Shown: positions 9,552 to 19,673, counted from the first letter of the stretch. The stretch is 64,000 nt of DNA from an uncultured Clostridia bacterium (GCA_934177725.1 CAKPPO010000005.1:94-64093), one strand, 5' to 3'. The notes: generated from the sequence alone by a model not told the origin. Numbers and translations are program-made.

Positions 9552-10430
9552 TTATATTATAAAATCTATGATTATTCCAGATACTACACCTATTAAATAT
9601 AACATTCCTGTTATTTTCATATTTTCTTTAATATTTTCGTTTACTCTAAATAATATTAATATTCCTATTCCAGAGCCTACTAATAATCCTCCTATCATAG
9701 AACCTACTGAAATTACATTTTGTAAATATAGCTGTGTTAATATAACAGATGATGCACAATTTGGAATTAAACCTACAATTCCAGCTATTAATGGTCCAAC
9801 AACTGGCATGTTTAATATTAAGTTTGATATTTTTTCTTCTCCTATAAAGTATATAGCAATATTCATAACTAATGAAATTATTATTATGAATATAAAAATG
9901 TTTAATGTATGTTTTATAGAAGATTTTAATATTCCTTCTTTTTCACAATGACAATGTTCATGTTCGCACATATGCCCTATTTCTTCCACAGCCTCTTCAT
10001 TTTCTTGTTTTTCCTTTTTCTTTTTAAATGCTTGTCCTACAAAGTCTATTACTACTCCTGCTATTATTCCTATTACTAACTTTGTAGCTAATATCTTTAA
10101 AATAATATCTATTGGTGCCGCTTCTGATATTAATATAGGTAACATTTCATCTGATGTTGACAAAAATATTGCTATTAATGTTCCTAGTGTTATTACTCTA
10201 CCTGCATAAAGATTTGCTGCTGCTGCGGAAAAACCACATTGTGGAAAAATTCCTAATATTGCACCAAAAACTGGTCCCCATTTACCTGATTTTTTTATTA
10301 TATTTTTTGTTTTATCACCAGTTTTGTGTTCTATATATTCCATTATTAAATATGTAATAAATAGAAATGGTAACAATTTTAATGCATCTATTCCTGTATC
10401 TAATAATACTTCTAAAAATTCTTCTGACAT
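9552..10430 (-). CDS. ArsP_2-like (putative metal/manganese) permease
   Basis: Multi-pass membrane protein with FPQCGFSAAAANLYAGRVITLGTLIAIFLSTSDEMLPIL and a His/Cys-rich loop HMCEHEHCHCEKE. Confidence 0.6.
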   Translation of the reverse strand: MSEEFLEVLLDTGIDALKLLPFLFITYLIMEYIEHKTGDKTKNIIKKSGKWGPVFGAILGIFPQCGFSAAAANLYAGRVITLGTLIAIFLSTSDEMLPILISEAAPIDIILKILATKLVIGIIAGVVIDFVGQAFKKKKEKQENEEAVEEIGHMCEHEHCHCEKEGILKSSIKHTLNIFIFIIIISLVMNIAIYFIGEEKISNLILNMPVVGPLIAGIVGLIPNCASSVILTQLYLQNVISVGSMIGGLLVGSGIGILILFRVNENIKENMKITGMLYLIGVVSGIIIDFII

Positions 10431-10570
10431 TTCTTTCTCCTTATATATTTTTTATTAACTTCAATATATACAATCTAATTTTCACATTCTAAGTTACATA
10501 TTAGGCTTTCATTTATATCTTAATTTAACCTATTATTTATAATATCATATTTTTTTATTTATAACAAGAG

Positions 10571-10669
10571 TAAATTTTAGGGACGGGCTTAAAAATTTAA
10601 TTAATTGCAAAATCTTTTTAGATGAATTTTTTTCAAAATTTAAATTTTTAAGCCCGTCCCTAAAATTTA
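10571..10669. repeat. P1 palindromic element: perfect 30-bp inverted repeat with a 39-nt spacer
   Basis: TAAATTTTAGGGACGGGCTTAAAAATTTAA at 10571-10600 and its exact reverse complement at 10640-10669. The right arm contains the stop codon of the patatin-like gene. Confidence 0.9.
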
Positions 10670-11524
10670 AAGATCTAATGCTTCCTTTATTTTATCAATA
10701 TTTTCAACTACACAATTATAACCATATTTATAGCAATTATCTAATTTTTCTATATCTAAAAGACCTACTTTATCTGTATATACATTTAAAACTATATCAC
10801 TCATTTCTAAACTTTCTTCTGATATTTTGCTTCCCATTATATCTATAGTTTTCATTACTATATCCATTATATTGCTATTTTCATCTACTGGATCTGCATC
10901 AAATTTAACCGCTATTACTTTATCTGCTCCTTGTTTTCTTACTTCATTAACTGGAACATTGTCTAATGCTCCTCCATCCATAAATGCATGTGTTCCCATT
11001 AAACAAGGGTTAAAAACTGCTGGAAAACTACTACTTGCTCTTACAGCCTTTCCAACTGTTATATCTGTAATATATTGTAGCTTATCTTCTGCATTACCAG
11101 GAATACTATTAGTAAATACATACTCTTTTGATTCTGTAATATCTACACTTGGTATTACGAGAGGCATTTGTATTTCATTTACATTTTTTATACCTTTTCG
11201 CAATGCTAGTTTATTATATACTGTTTCTATTATTTCTCCATCTTTTAAACTTGAAAATACTTTTTTACTTTTAAAAAAGTGACTTTGTAATCCTGAAATA
11301 ATAGGTTTTGTATTAAGAGCTGCAATATCTTTTGCATATCTTTTAAATAATATATATATGTAATGCGGTGTATATCCCATTGCATATAAAGAAGCTACCA
11401 TACTTCCACAACTTGTTCCGCCTATTATATCTATTTTTATTCCATTCTCTTCTAATGCTCTTAATACTCCTGCATGTGCTATCCCTCTAATTCCTCCACC
11501 TGATAAAGCGACACCTATTTTCAT
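10667..11524 (-). CDS. patatin-like phospholipase
   Basis: GGGIRG oxyanion motif and GTSCG (GxSxG) nucleophile elbow near the N-terminus. DGG motif later. Confidence 0.85.
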   Translation of the reverse strand: MKIGVALSGGGIRGIAHAGVLRALEENGIKIDIIGGTSCGSMVASLYAMGYTPHYIYILFKRYAKDIAALNTKPIISGLQSHFFKSKKVFSSLKDGEIIETVYNKLALRKGIKNVNEIQMPLVIPSVDITESKEYVFTNSIPGNAEDKLQYITDITVGKAVRASSSFPAVFNPCLMGTHAFMDGGALDNVPVNEVRKQGADKVIAVKFDADPVDENSNIMDIVMKTIDIMGSKISEESLEMSDIVLNVYTDKVGLLDIEKLDNCYKYGYNCVVENIDKIKEALDL

Positions 11525-11598
11525 AAAAAAGCCTCCTATACGTTTTACTTATAGTATTTACAAATATTATATGTTTAAACGCATAAGAGGTTATTTTT

Positions 11599-11841
11599 TT
11601 ATTTTACTTCTATACTATTATAATATAAATCTTCTGGATTTACATCTTCTCCAGTTTCCCATTCTATTGTTTCACCAGCTGGATGTACTTTTTTAAATAG
11701 TTCATAATTCTTTAAATTTTTAAATGCTTCATAGTTTAAGTTTGGTTTCATATCATATATTTTTATTTTTCCATTTTCATATTTTATTAATATTTTATAA
11801 TCTTCTAATACTTCTATATCTTTTATTATTGGCATTAACAT
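11599..11841 (-). CDS. DUF2442-like small protein
   Basis: 80 aa, directly downstream of a DUF4160-like gene. This is the usual pairing. Confidence 0.6.
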   Translation of the reverse strand: MLMPIIKDIEVLEDYKILIKYENGKIKIYDMKPNLNYEAFKNLKNYELFKKVHPAGETIEWETGEDVNPEDLYYNSIEVK

Positions 11842-11862
11842 TTTTATCTCTCCAATCTTTTT

Positions 11863-12135
11863 TTACTTTAAAGGCTTTATTTTAAAACCTTCTTTTCCTT
11901 GTAGTAAAAGATTCCACAAATCATTTAGTTCTTTATTATGTATTTCAATCCATGCTTGTATTATTTTTTGCTGACTTTTAGGAATTTGACCTTCTATTAC
12001 ATTCCCATTTAAATCAAATATGGCTCTATATTCATTATAATTTACGTGCATATGTGGTAAATTATGTTGTTTATTATCTCTAAAGTACATTCTTATCGTT
12101 ATACCATAAAATTTAGATATAATTGGCACTTTCAT
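11863..12135 (-). CDS. DUF4160-like small protein
   Basis: MKVPIISKFYGITIRMYFRDNKQHNLPHMHVNY matches the characteristic N-terminus of this family. Confidence 0.7.
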   Translation of the reverse strand: MKVPIISKFYGITIRMYFRDNKQHNLPHMHVNYNEYRAIFDLNGNVIEGQIPKSQQKIIQAWIEIHNKELNDLWNLLLQGKEGFKIKPLK

Positions 12136-12233
12136 TCCTCCTTATAATATCATATTACTTTCTATTTTTCAACTTTCTAGTTAAATTTTATTTAAAATTG
12201 TTTGTAGTGTTATAATAAAATACGTTTTTTTAT

Positions 12234-14093
12234 TTAAAATCCTGTTCTTGGTAATGTAGGCTTTGGTGGTTCTTTAGATTTATTTGTAATTGTTATTTCT
12301 GATATTTCTCCATCTTTCTTTATCTTAACTATATGTTCTTCTTCATTTAATATATAATTTTTGTTTGTTTTAGTTTCTTTTAATATATATTTTCCTAGTT
12401 CTAATTCTTCTGTAAGAATAATTCCTTCTTTGTCTGTTACATATGTACCTACTAATTCACCATCTTCTCTTTTTAATTCAAAAACTACATCTTTTAATGG
12501 TGTGCCTTTTAAATCTCCATTTATTTTATTATCATCTTCACTTACTTTTATTATTTTAATTTGACCTTTTTGTTTTTCGTTTTCTATTTTTATTATTGTA
12601 GTTTCTTTCCATTTTATTTCTATTTCTTTTTCTTCTGTTGATTTATACTCTTCTTTTGTTTCTTTTTCTTTTATAGTATAGTCACCTATTGGTAAATCAT
12701 TTATATTTACTTCTCCCTTTTCATCTGTGACTACTTCTTTTACTAATTTTCCATTTTTATCATATATTCCAAATTTTACACCTTCTAGTAAAATCTCGTT
12801 ATTATCTTTGTCTACTTTTATAATTCTAAGATTACCTTTTTTTAATTCATTTTCGAATTCTACAATTGTTTTTTCTCCCCACTTTAAAGTAATTTCTTTT
12901 TCCTCTTTACTTAGTACATAATTTGCTGGTACTTCTATTTCTTTAATTATTACATTTTGTGGTTCTAATCCTTCTAATTTTGCAATACCTTTTCCATTTG
13001 TTGTGACTTTTCCTAGTACATCACCATTTTTATTTTTTATTTTAAATGTAACATTTGCAATTGGCTCTTTTGTTTCTTGATCTATTTTTAATATTTCTAA
13101 ATTACATTTATTGGCTTTAATTTTTAGACTTGTATTTGTACTTGCTTTTTCATAGCCTGATGTATATGTAGCATAACTTTGTGCGTTCTCTATTTTACTT
13201 TTACAGAAAAATACCGGATTTGTTTTCACATAAGCATTTTTTATATTGATTTTTCCATCAATATCCTTTTTTATTTTATTTATTGGAATTGCTACTTTGA
13301 AATAATTTTCTGATAAAACATTTTTTTCTCTATTTTTTGAATCTAATATTTTTGTTCCACTAGGGAAATCTTTGATTTCAATTTCATAAGATTTTAAATT
13401 TTTATTTCCTGTTACTTTGTAATTTTGAACATAATATAATGTATTTCCTATTGTTTCTTTTTTATATTCACCTTGTGTAGAAATACTTACTCTTGGCGCC
13501 TCATATACTTCTTTTCCATTTATTCCATATTCATAAAGTTTTTGTGAAACCTCTAGAACTTTTGCTCCTCTTCTTCTAATTTCTTCTACACTATTTCCAT
13601 CTACACTTCTGTCTCCTAATACATATTTATCTTTTGGAGCTATTCCTTCTACTAAACTATGAAGTGCAATTTTTGTGGCGCTATAGAAATCATCATCACA
13701 TTCTAAGTTCCATTCCTTATATGTAGAACCCATATATCCTTTATTTAATACTCTCCATATTTTATTGTCTTTCTCTTTACTTATTGTTGTTTCATATGAG
13801 TCATAACCTGTTCCAACGCCTTGCTTTGCAGGTTCTACACAAAATGCCGGATATCTTACCCCTTCTTCTTCATCTGTATAGTACACATACCATACAATTT
13901 TATAGCTCCATTTCTGATAATCTTCCATCCAATATTCTACCAAAGAATCACATTCATGGTCTCCCTCAAGTTCTATAGTATCTCCTTCTTTTATACTTGC
14001 TTGTACTGTACTAAACATATTTCCTGTAATTTGTAATATTTGTATAATTAGTAATAGTATTATTAATACTTTTTTTGTTATTTTATTTTTCAT
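12234..14093 (-). CDS. cell-surface protein with signal peptide, Cna-B/SpaA-like repeats and a C-terminal LPRTG motif lacking the membrane anchor
   Basis: N-terminal signal sequence. At least three repeats of the KGxLxIIKVDxD...G..F.....G......T...G type. The protein ends ...PKPTLPRTGF-stop. Confidence 0.75.
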   Translation of the reverse strand: MKNKITKKVLIILLLIIQILQITGNMFSTVQASIKEGDTIELEGDHECDSLVEYWMEDYQKWSYKIVWYVYYTDEEEGVRYPAFCVEPAKQGVGTGYDSYETTISKEKDNKIWRVLNKGYMGSTYKEWNLECDDDFYSATKIALHSLVEGIAPKDKYVLGDRSVDGNSVEEIRRRGAKVLEVSQKLYEYGINGKEVYEAPRVSISTQGEYKKETIGNTLYYVQNYKVTGNKNLKSYEIEIKDFPSGTKILDSKNREKNVLSENYFKVAIPINKIKKDIDGKINIKNAYVKTNPVFFCKSKIENAQSYATYTSGYEKASTNTSLKIKANKCNLEILKIDQETKEPIANVTFKIKNKNGDVLGKVTTNGKGIAKLEGLEPQNVIIKEIEVPANYVLSKEEKEITLKWGEKTIVEFENELKKGNLRIIKVDKDNNEILLEGVKFGIYDKNGKLVKEVVTDEKGEVNINDLPIGDYTIKEKETKEEYKSTEEKEIEIKWKETTIIKIENEKQKGQIKIIKVSEDDNKINGDLKGTPLKDVVFELKREDGELVGTYVTDKEGIILTEELELGKYILKETKTNKNYILNEEEHIVKIKKDGEISEITITNKSKEPPKPTLPRTGF

Positions 14094-14221
14094 ATCTTTT
14101 CCTTTCTTTTATAATTTGCTTTTATTAAAATTATAGGTAGGAAAATTTGGCAAACAAAACCTAATTTTTGCTACATTTGTTTTCTGTAATAACTTATTAT
14201 AACTTTCTTTGAACACAAAAA

Positions 14222-14259
14222 GAGACTAAATCAACGTTATAAACGTTACATTTAGCCCC
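14222..14259 (-). terminator. terminator downstream of rpsR
   Basis: On the minus strand, GGGGCTAAAT...ATTTAGTCTC followed by TTTTTG. Confidence 0.45.
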
Positions 14260-14288
14260 TATTTTATTTTTATGTATAAACCATTATA

Positions 14289-14570
14289 TTATTCTTGTGT
14301 AAATGGTAATACAGCAATTTGTCTTGCTCTTTTTACTGCTAAAGTAATATCTCTTTGATGTTTTGCGCAAGCTCCTGTTGCTCTTCTTGGTAATATTTTA
14401 CCTTTATCATTGATGAATTTTTTTAATTGATCTGCATTTTTATAATCTAAAACAAGATTTTTGTCTGCACATAAAGGACAAACTTTTTTTCTTATTTTTC
14501 TAAATCTTGGATTAAAATCTTCATCCATGTTGCTGTTTCTATTGTTTCTTTTTTGTTTTTTGTCTGCCAT
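14289..14570 (-). CDS. rpsR: 30S ribosomal protein S18
   Basis: CPLCADK...DYKN...LKKFI...[15 protein letters not shown] family pattern. Sits in the rpsF-ssb-rpsR arrangement. Confidence 0.95.
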   Translation of the reverse strand: MADKKQKRNNRNSNMDEDFNPRFRKIRKKVCPLCADKNLVLDYKNADQLKKFINDKGKILPRRATGACAKHQRDITLAVKRARQIAVLPFTQE

Positions 14571-14611
14571 TGCAATTTCCCCCTATCTTATAAATTTATC
14601 GTTTCTCTTAC

Positions 14612-15037
14612 TTAAAATGGTAAATCGTCTCCTGAAGAAACTTCAAAGTCTGAACTTCCAGCTGATTCTGGCATAGCACCAAAAGTAGCGTCAAAGTTTG
14701 CACTTGAATCTCCATCTCTTTTACTATCTGCAAAATATGCTTCTTCTGCAACAACTTCTGTAATATAGTGTTTTTGACCTTGATCATCATCCCATGTTCT
14801 TGTTTGAATTCTTCCAATTATTCCAACTTGTTGACCTTTTTTGAAATATTTGCTACAGAATTCTCCAAGTTTGCTCCATGCTACTATATTAATAAAGTCT
14901 GCTTGTCTTTCTTCTCCTTGTCTTACAAATCTTCTATTAACTGCTAAGCTAAAAGAAGCTACTAAAGTATTATTAGATTGTGTATATCTAACTTCAGGAT
15001 CTCTTGTTAATCTTCCCATTAAAATTACTTTGTTCAT
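14612..15037 (-). CDS. ssb: single-stranded DNA-binding protein
   Basis: MNKVILMGRLTRDPEVRYT OB-fold start and acidic tail ending DDLPF. Confidence 0.95.
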   Translation of the reverse strand: MNKVILMGRLTRDPEVRYTQSNNTLVASFSLAVNRRFVRQGEERQADFINIVAWSKLGEFCSKYFKKGQQVGIIGRIQTRTWDDDQGQKHYITEVVAEEAYFADSKRDGDSSANFDATFGAMPESAGSSDFEVSSGDDLPF

Positions 15038-15076
15038 ATTTTTTACCTTATCCTTTCTTTTTTAAAGGCTTTCTTA

Positions 15077-15361
15077 CTATTCTTCTACTTTTACTGTCAT
15101 GAATTTGATTATTTCGTCTGTAATTCTATAAATTCTTTCAAGTTCAGAAATTAGGCTTGGGTTTGCTTCGAAATAAAATACTACATAGAAACCTTCAGCA
15201 TTTTTTTGTATTTCATATGCTAATTTTTTTCTTCCTAATTCGTCTGCTTTTTCTAATTTTCCATCAGTATTAATCAAATCTGTAAATTTTTGAACAAGAC
15301 TTTTAATTCCTTCTTCATCTACACTTGGATTAATAATGATAACACTCTCGTATTTATTCAT
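15077..15361 (-). CDS. rpsF: 30S ribosomal protein S6
   Basis: MNKYESVIIINPSVDEE... is typical of S6. First gene of the conserved trio. Confidence 0.95.
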   Translation of the reverse strand: MNKYESVIIINPSVDEEGIKSLVQKFTDLINTDGKLEKADELGRKKLAYEIQKNAEGFYVVFYFEANPSLISELERIYRITDEIIKFMTVKVEE

Positions 15362-15445
15362 TATTTTTCACCTCCCTTTGGATTGATAACCTACATTAAT
15401 GTAAGTAAGGATGTAAAAATTATATCTCATTTTTACAACATTAGT

Positions 15446-15474
15446 ATTTTACCACACTTTTAAGCATATCGCAA
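15446..15474 (-). promoter_or_regulatory. sigma-A type promoter of rpsF-ssb-rpsR (TTGCGA-17-TAAAAT, TG-extended)
   Basis: Minus strand reads TTGCGAtatgcttaaaagtgtggTAAAAT. About 85 nt of hairpin-containing leader follows. Confidence 0.45.
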
Positions 15475-15494
15475 GTGTTTTAGCAACATTTACA

Positions 15495-17249
15495 TTAATT
15501 ATTTACTTGTCTTGTGTAATATACCATTCCGTATCCAAAATTTAATTTGCAATATTCTCCTATAAATTCTGGTTCATCCCAACTTAATTCATAAGTAGGC
15601 TCTAATATTATTTTTCCTTCTTTATTAATAACTCCCCATTTATTATCTTTCTCAATTCCCGCAAAACCTTGAGTATTTAACTCTGTTGCTGAATCATAAA
15701 TAGGTTCTATTATTACATTATCTTCCTTATTTTTATATCCCCATTTTCCGTTTTCTGAAAAAGCAAATAAATTTGAGTTTGTAAATATATTTTTTGCTTG
15801 TATTTTGTTAGCATTTTTGTCGAAATATTCTCTTTGTGTTTGTGACTCTAATTTTACGTACTCTTTTTCTATTGTTAATTTAGCATTTTTCATTTGTGCT
15901 ACTTTTTCCATGTTGTCGTTATATAATTCTATTGTGTATGGTTCTGTTATTATTGCTTGTAGCATATTTTTGTTTTCAATTTTTTGTATTACACTATAGT
16001 TAGAAATAATTTGTTTTTTAGTATTCGCATCATATACTGATGTTTTTCCATTTTCATTTATAATATAATAGTCTTTAAATATATGCTCTATATATGAATA
16101 TTCATTATTTAATATGTTATTTCCATTTTCGTCTACAATCCCAAACTTGTCTTCTTCATTCATAGTAATACGATATTTAGAGTTTTCTTCACTATATATT
16201 ATTTTATATTTTTGTTCTTCTTGCTTATTTCCTTTTTCATCAAAGTAATATTTTTCTTGGTCTTTTTCTGCATATATACTCTTATTAGATATTATAATAT
16301 TATCATATTCTGGTTTTAAAATTTCTTTTCCTTCTTTATTGTATACTCCTTGCTTTGAGCTTTTTTGTACAATAAATAATTCATTTTCTTTGTTGTATTC
16401 AATTTCTTCATAAACATGTTTTAATATTATTTTTTTATCGTTATATATTCCTGCTTGTCCATTCTTAAAAGCTAATATATAAACTTCATCTTCAATTTCT
16501 GTCACACGTTCTATTTCATTATATTCTTCTTTTAAAATTTGACTTCCATTTGAATTTATATAACCATATTTATATCCATCTGTTGTTTTATTTCCAACAA
16601 TAAAACCTGCTTTTTGATATTTGGTATTTTCATCATAATATCCATCTGCTGTGATAGAATCATATTTTATTTCTACCATTTGTTTGCCTCTTATATTGAT
16701 GACTCCATATTTATCTTCTTTTTTTACTAGTAAGCAACCTTCTTTATATAATAAGCTTTCTATTGAATCATATATTGCATTTGTTATTTTCTTGCCTTTA
16801 AAATCTATAATTCCATATTTATTATTTTCTTTGTACATTAATACACTTTTTTCATAAGGTACTTCTGTTGTTGCATCTTTAAAAATAAGAGGTTCCACCT
16901 TTTCATATTTAGTTAATATTTTCTCATTTTTTGAATTTATTATTTCTGTTTTGTATTCCTCTTGAGAATTGTAGTTAGTGTAACCAACAAAAACGTCTTT
17001 TGATGGATTAGGTATTACTAGCATCTCATATTTAGGTTCTACTACTATCTTTCCTTCTGAATCTATTACACCATATTTCTCGTCTTCATATAATATAAAA
17101 TATGAATATTGATCTATACTTTCTATTTTGTAGTTTTTATCTATATATTTGTTATATATAAATATTCCTCCTAATATAAGTATTAAAAGTATTGCTATTA
17201 TTACTATAATTAAAATCATTCTTTTACTATTTTTCATTATTTCCTCCAT
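15495..17249 (-). CDS. membrane-anchored WG-repeat (KWG-type) protein
   Basis: N-terminal TM helix followed by many repeats of the KYGVIDxxGKxVVEPKYD type. Confidence 0.7.
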   Translation of the reverse strand: MEEIMKNSKRMILIIVIIAILLILILGGIFIYNKYIDKNYKIESIDQYSYFILYEDEKYGVIDSEGKIVVEPKYEMLVIPNPSKDVFVGYTNYNSQEEYKTEIINSKNEKILTKYEKVEPLIFKDATTEVPYEKSVLMYKENNKYGIIDFKGKKITNAIYDSIESLLYKEGCLLVKKEDKYGVINIRGKQMVEIKYDSITADGYYDENTKYQKAGFIVGNKTTDGYKYGYINSNGSQILKEEYNEIERVTEIEDEVYILAFKNGQAGIYNDKKIILKHVYEEIEYNKENELFIVQKSSKQGVYNKEGKEILKPEYDNIIISNKSIYAEKDQEKYYFDEKGNKQEEQKYKIIYSEENSKYRITMNEEDKFGIVDENGNNILNNEYSYIEHIFKDYYIINENGKTSVYDANTKKQIISNYSVIQKIENKNMLQAIITEPYTIELYNDNMEKVAQMKNAKLTIEKEYVKLESQTQREYFDKNANKIQAKNIFTNSNLFAFSENGKWGYKNKEDNVIIEPIYDSATELNTQGFAGIEKDNKWGVINKEGKIILEPTYELSWDEPEFIGEYCKLNFGYGMVYYTRQVNN

Positions 17250-17262
17250 CTTTTCCTTCGTT

Positions 17263-18549
17263 TTATATTTTACAAGCTTTAACTAACACAATTCTTTTAT
17301 CTTCGGATTTTTCAATTTTATAATTAACTTGTTTTGTTTCTATGATAGGAGTCTCGTTATCTTTTGGTAATCTTCCTAACAAGTCTATTAAATATCCTGA
17401 TAAAGTTTCATAATCTCCTTCTGGTAAATCAATTTTTAGTATTTTCTTTAAGTCATTTATAGATACACTTCCATTGATTAAAAATGTATTGTCATCTATC
17501 TTTGTATAGTCATTTTCAAAATCATCATATTCGTCAAAAATGTTTCCTACAATTTCTTCTAATAAATCCTCCATAGTTACTATACCCGCTGTTCCACCAT
17601 ATTCATCAACTACTATTGCCATTTGCATTTTATTTTTTTGCAAATTTTTAAATAGTTCATTAATTGGCTTGTTTTCAGAGACAAAATAAGCTTCTCTCAT
17701 GATATTTTTTATTTTTATAGCTTTTTTTCCATGTAAATATTTTAATAAATCCTTTACAAATAATACTCCTTTTATATTATCTATAGTTTCCTCATACACT
17801 GGAATTCTGCTATATTTATAATCATCTAATTCTTTTATAATATCATTTATTTCAGAGTCTATTTCAATTGCATATACATCTGTTCTATGAGTCATTACTT
17901 CAGATACTGTAATATCATTAAATTCAAATATATTGTGAATCATTTCTTTTTCCTCTTGTTGTATTGTTCCTTTTTCTTCCCCCTCATCAATCATCATTTT
18001 AATCTCTTCTTCTGTTACAACTTCTTCTTCATTTTCAGATATTCCAAATAATTTTGAAATGAAGTTTGTAACAGCACTTAGGACTTTTACAAATGGTAAA
18101 GTAATAATAGAAAGGAATCTAATTACACCTATACTTGAAAATGCTATTTTTTCATAATATTTCATTGCTAACCTTTTTGGTACTAATTCCCCAAACACTA
18201 GAGTAAAAAATGATAGTATTATTGTTATTAAAACAATAGAAATTCCTTTAAATACTTGAATTGATATCATAGGAAATATTTTATATAATGCTGGGGCTAA
18301 AATATCAGCAAATGCATCTGATGCAAAAGCACTTGATAAAAAGCCTGCTAAAGTAATTCCAATTTGGATAGTTGCTAAAAATTCGCTTGGATTTTTCAAC
18401 ATTTTTTGTATTTGTCTAGCTTTTTTATTTCCTTCTTTTGCTTGTTTTTCTATTTTTGTATCATTAAGGGATATAAATGCTATTTCTGAAGCTGCAAAGT
18501 AGGCATTTAACAATATTAAAACTACTAATATAACAATTTGAGTTATCAT
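17263..18549 (-). CDS. CNNM/TlyC-family transporter (DUF21, CBS pair, CorC_HlyC)
   Basis: DUF21-like N-terminus with GELVPKRLA, a central CBS region and a C-terminal CorC-like domain. Confidence 0.85.
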   Translation of the reverse strand: MITQIVILVVLILLNAYFAASEIAFISLNDTKIEKQAKEGNKKARQIQKMLKNPSEFLATIQIGITLAGFLSSAFASDAFADILAPALYKIFPMISIQVFKGISIVLITIILSFFTLVFGELVPKRLAMKYYEKIAFSSIGVIRFLSIITLPFVKVLSAVTNFISKLFGISENEEEVVTEEEIKMMIDEGEEKGTIQQEEKEMIHNIFEFNDITVSEVMTHRTDVYAIEIDSEINDIIKELDDYKYSRIPVYEETIDNIKGVLFVKDLLKYLHGKKAIKIKNIMREAYFVSENKPINELFKNLQKNKMQMAIVVDEYGGTAGIVTMEDLLEEIVGNIFDEYDDFENDYTKIDDNTFLINGSVSINDLKKILKIDLPEGDYETLSGYLIDLLGRLPKDNETPIIETKQVNYKIEKSEDKRIVLVKACKI

Positions 18550-18725
18550 TTTTTGTTCACTCTTTCTTCTCTTTTTGTTATATTTATTCCCTTTTTTTGA
18601 TGCTTTTATTATATATTTATTATATTTCCTATGTCAATTATTTTTCTTTTTTGTTTATAAAATTTTCAATAATTTCTTATACTCATTCCTCCTTATAAAT
18701 ATTTTTCCGTATTTCAATTTAACCT

Positions 18726-19316
18726 TTATATTTCTACTGCCTGAATACAAGTTCTATATTCAGGCATGTCTTCTAAGCAAGTAATAAGTGTTAATATATT
18801 TTCATTTGTATTTTCTAGACAGCTAAAATCTGTTTCTTTAATTTTTTTATTTTCAATAACTTTATAATTTCTACTATTGCTTTCTGTTTTATACACAATT
18901 ACATCCCCTTCTTCAAGATTCTTTATTTCTTTGAAAAAGTTATATTTATATCCTCTATTATGAGCTGCAAGAACAACATTTCCGTCCCATTTACTTGTTG
19001 TTTTGAAATGCCCCACACCTCTTCTTAAAACTTCTTTACTTGTACCTTCTATAATAGGTGCATCTAAATTAATTTTAGAAATAAGTATTCTCCATTCATT
19101 TTTCTTATATTGATTTTTAATAATTTCATTTTCTTCTATATTTTCTACTTCTTTTTTTTGGTTATATGACACTTGACTTGTTTTTGTGTCATTATTAGAA
19201 TTATTATCCTTTTTTTGATTTTTAAAAAATTGATTATGAATAAATTTTATAGATACAAATATTATAATTGTAAGTATTATGCAAATAGCTATCCTGTTTC
19301 TTTTGCTATAAAACAT
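18726..19316 (-). CDS. sortase (small, class D-like)
   Basis: TM anchor. His in VLAAHNRGY, TLITC active-site Cys, downstream Arg. Confidence 0.8.
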   Translation of the reverse strand: MFYSKRNRIAICIILTIIIFVSIKFIHNQFFKNQKKDNNSNNDTKTSQVSYNQKKEVENIEENEIIKNQYKKNEWRILISKINLDAPIIEGTSKEVLRRGVGHFKTTSKWDGNVVLAAHNRGYKYNFFKEIKNLEEGDVIVYKTESNSRNYKVIENKKIKETDFSCLENTNENILTLITCLEDMPEYRTCIQAVEI

Positions 19317-19673
19317 ACATAAATTCAGCCTCCTTTTTATGTTTTTCTCTCTATTTTATTCTTCTGTTTTTCTAATTTCTTTTGTTTGTTATAACTTCTT
19401 TTGATTACAACTTTCTAATCTTTTGTATGATTATATATTTTTTCTTCTGTTTAGTTTGGATTTTGGGTTATGTGTATTTTTCTTACACAATAACTAATGA
19501 TTTTTAACTTTTCTGAAAGTAAATTTTTTTGAATTAAAACTGCAATTTTTAATCTGGATTTATGTTACCATATTTTTCCATGCTTGTAAAGAACTTTTCG
19601 TCGTGCTTTTTCTTTGTTTTTCGACACCCGCTTAGTGTAATCCGCTTTTTATATAAATTTTTTATTGTATTCT

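Noticed and set aside
10431-10570. Possible Mn-sensing (yybP-ykoY) riboswitch upstream of the ArsP_2-like permease
   Set aside because: The leader is almost pure A/T, with no conserved GGGGAGTAG-type core and no four-way junction potential.
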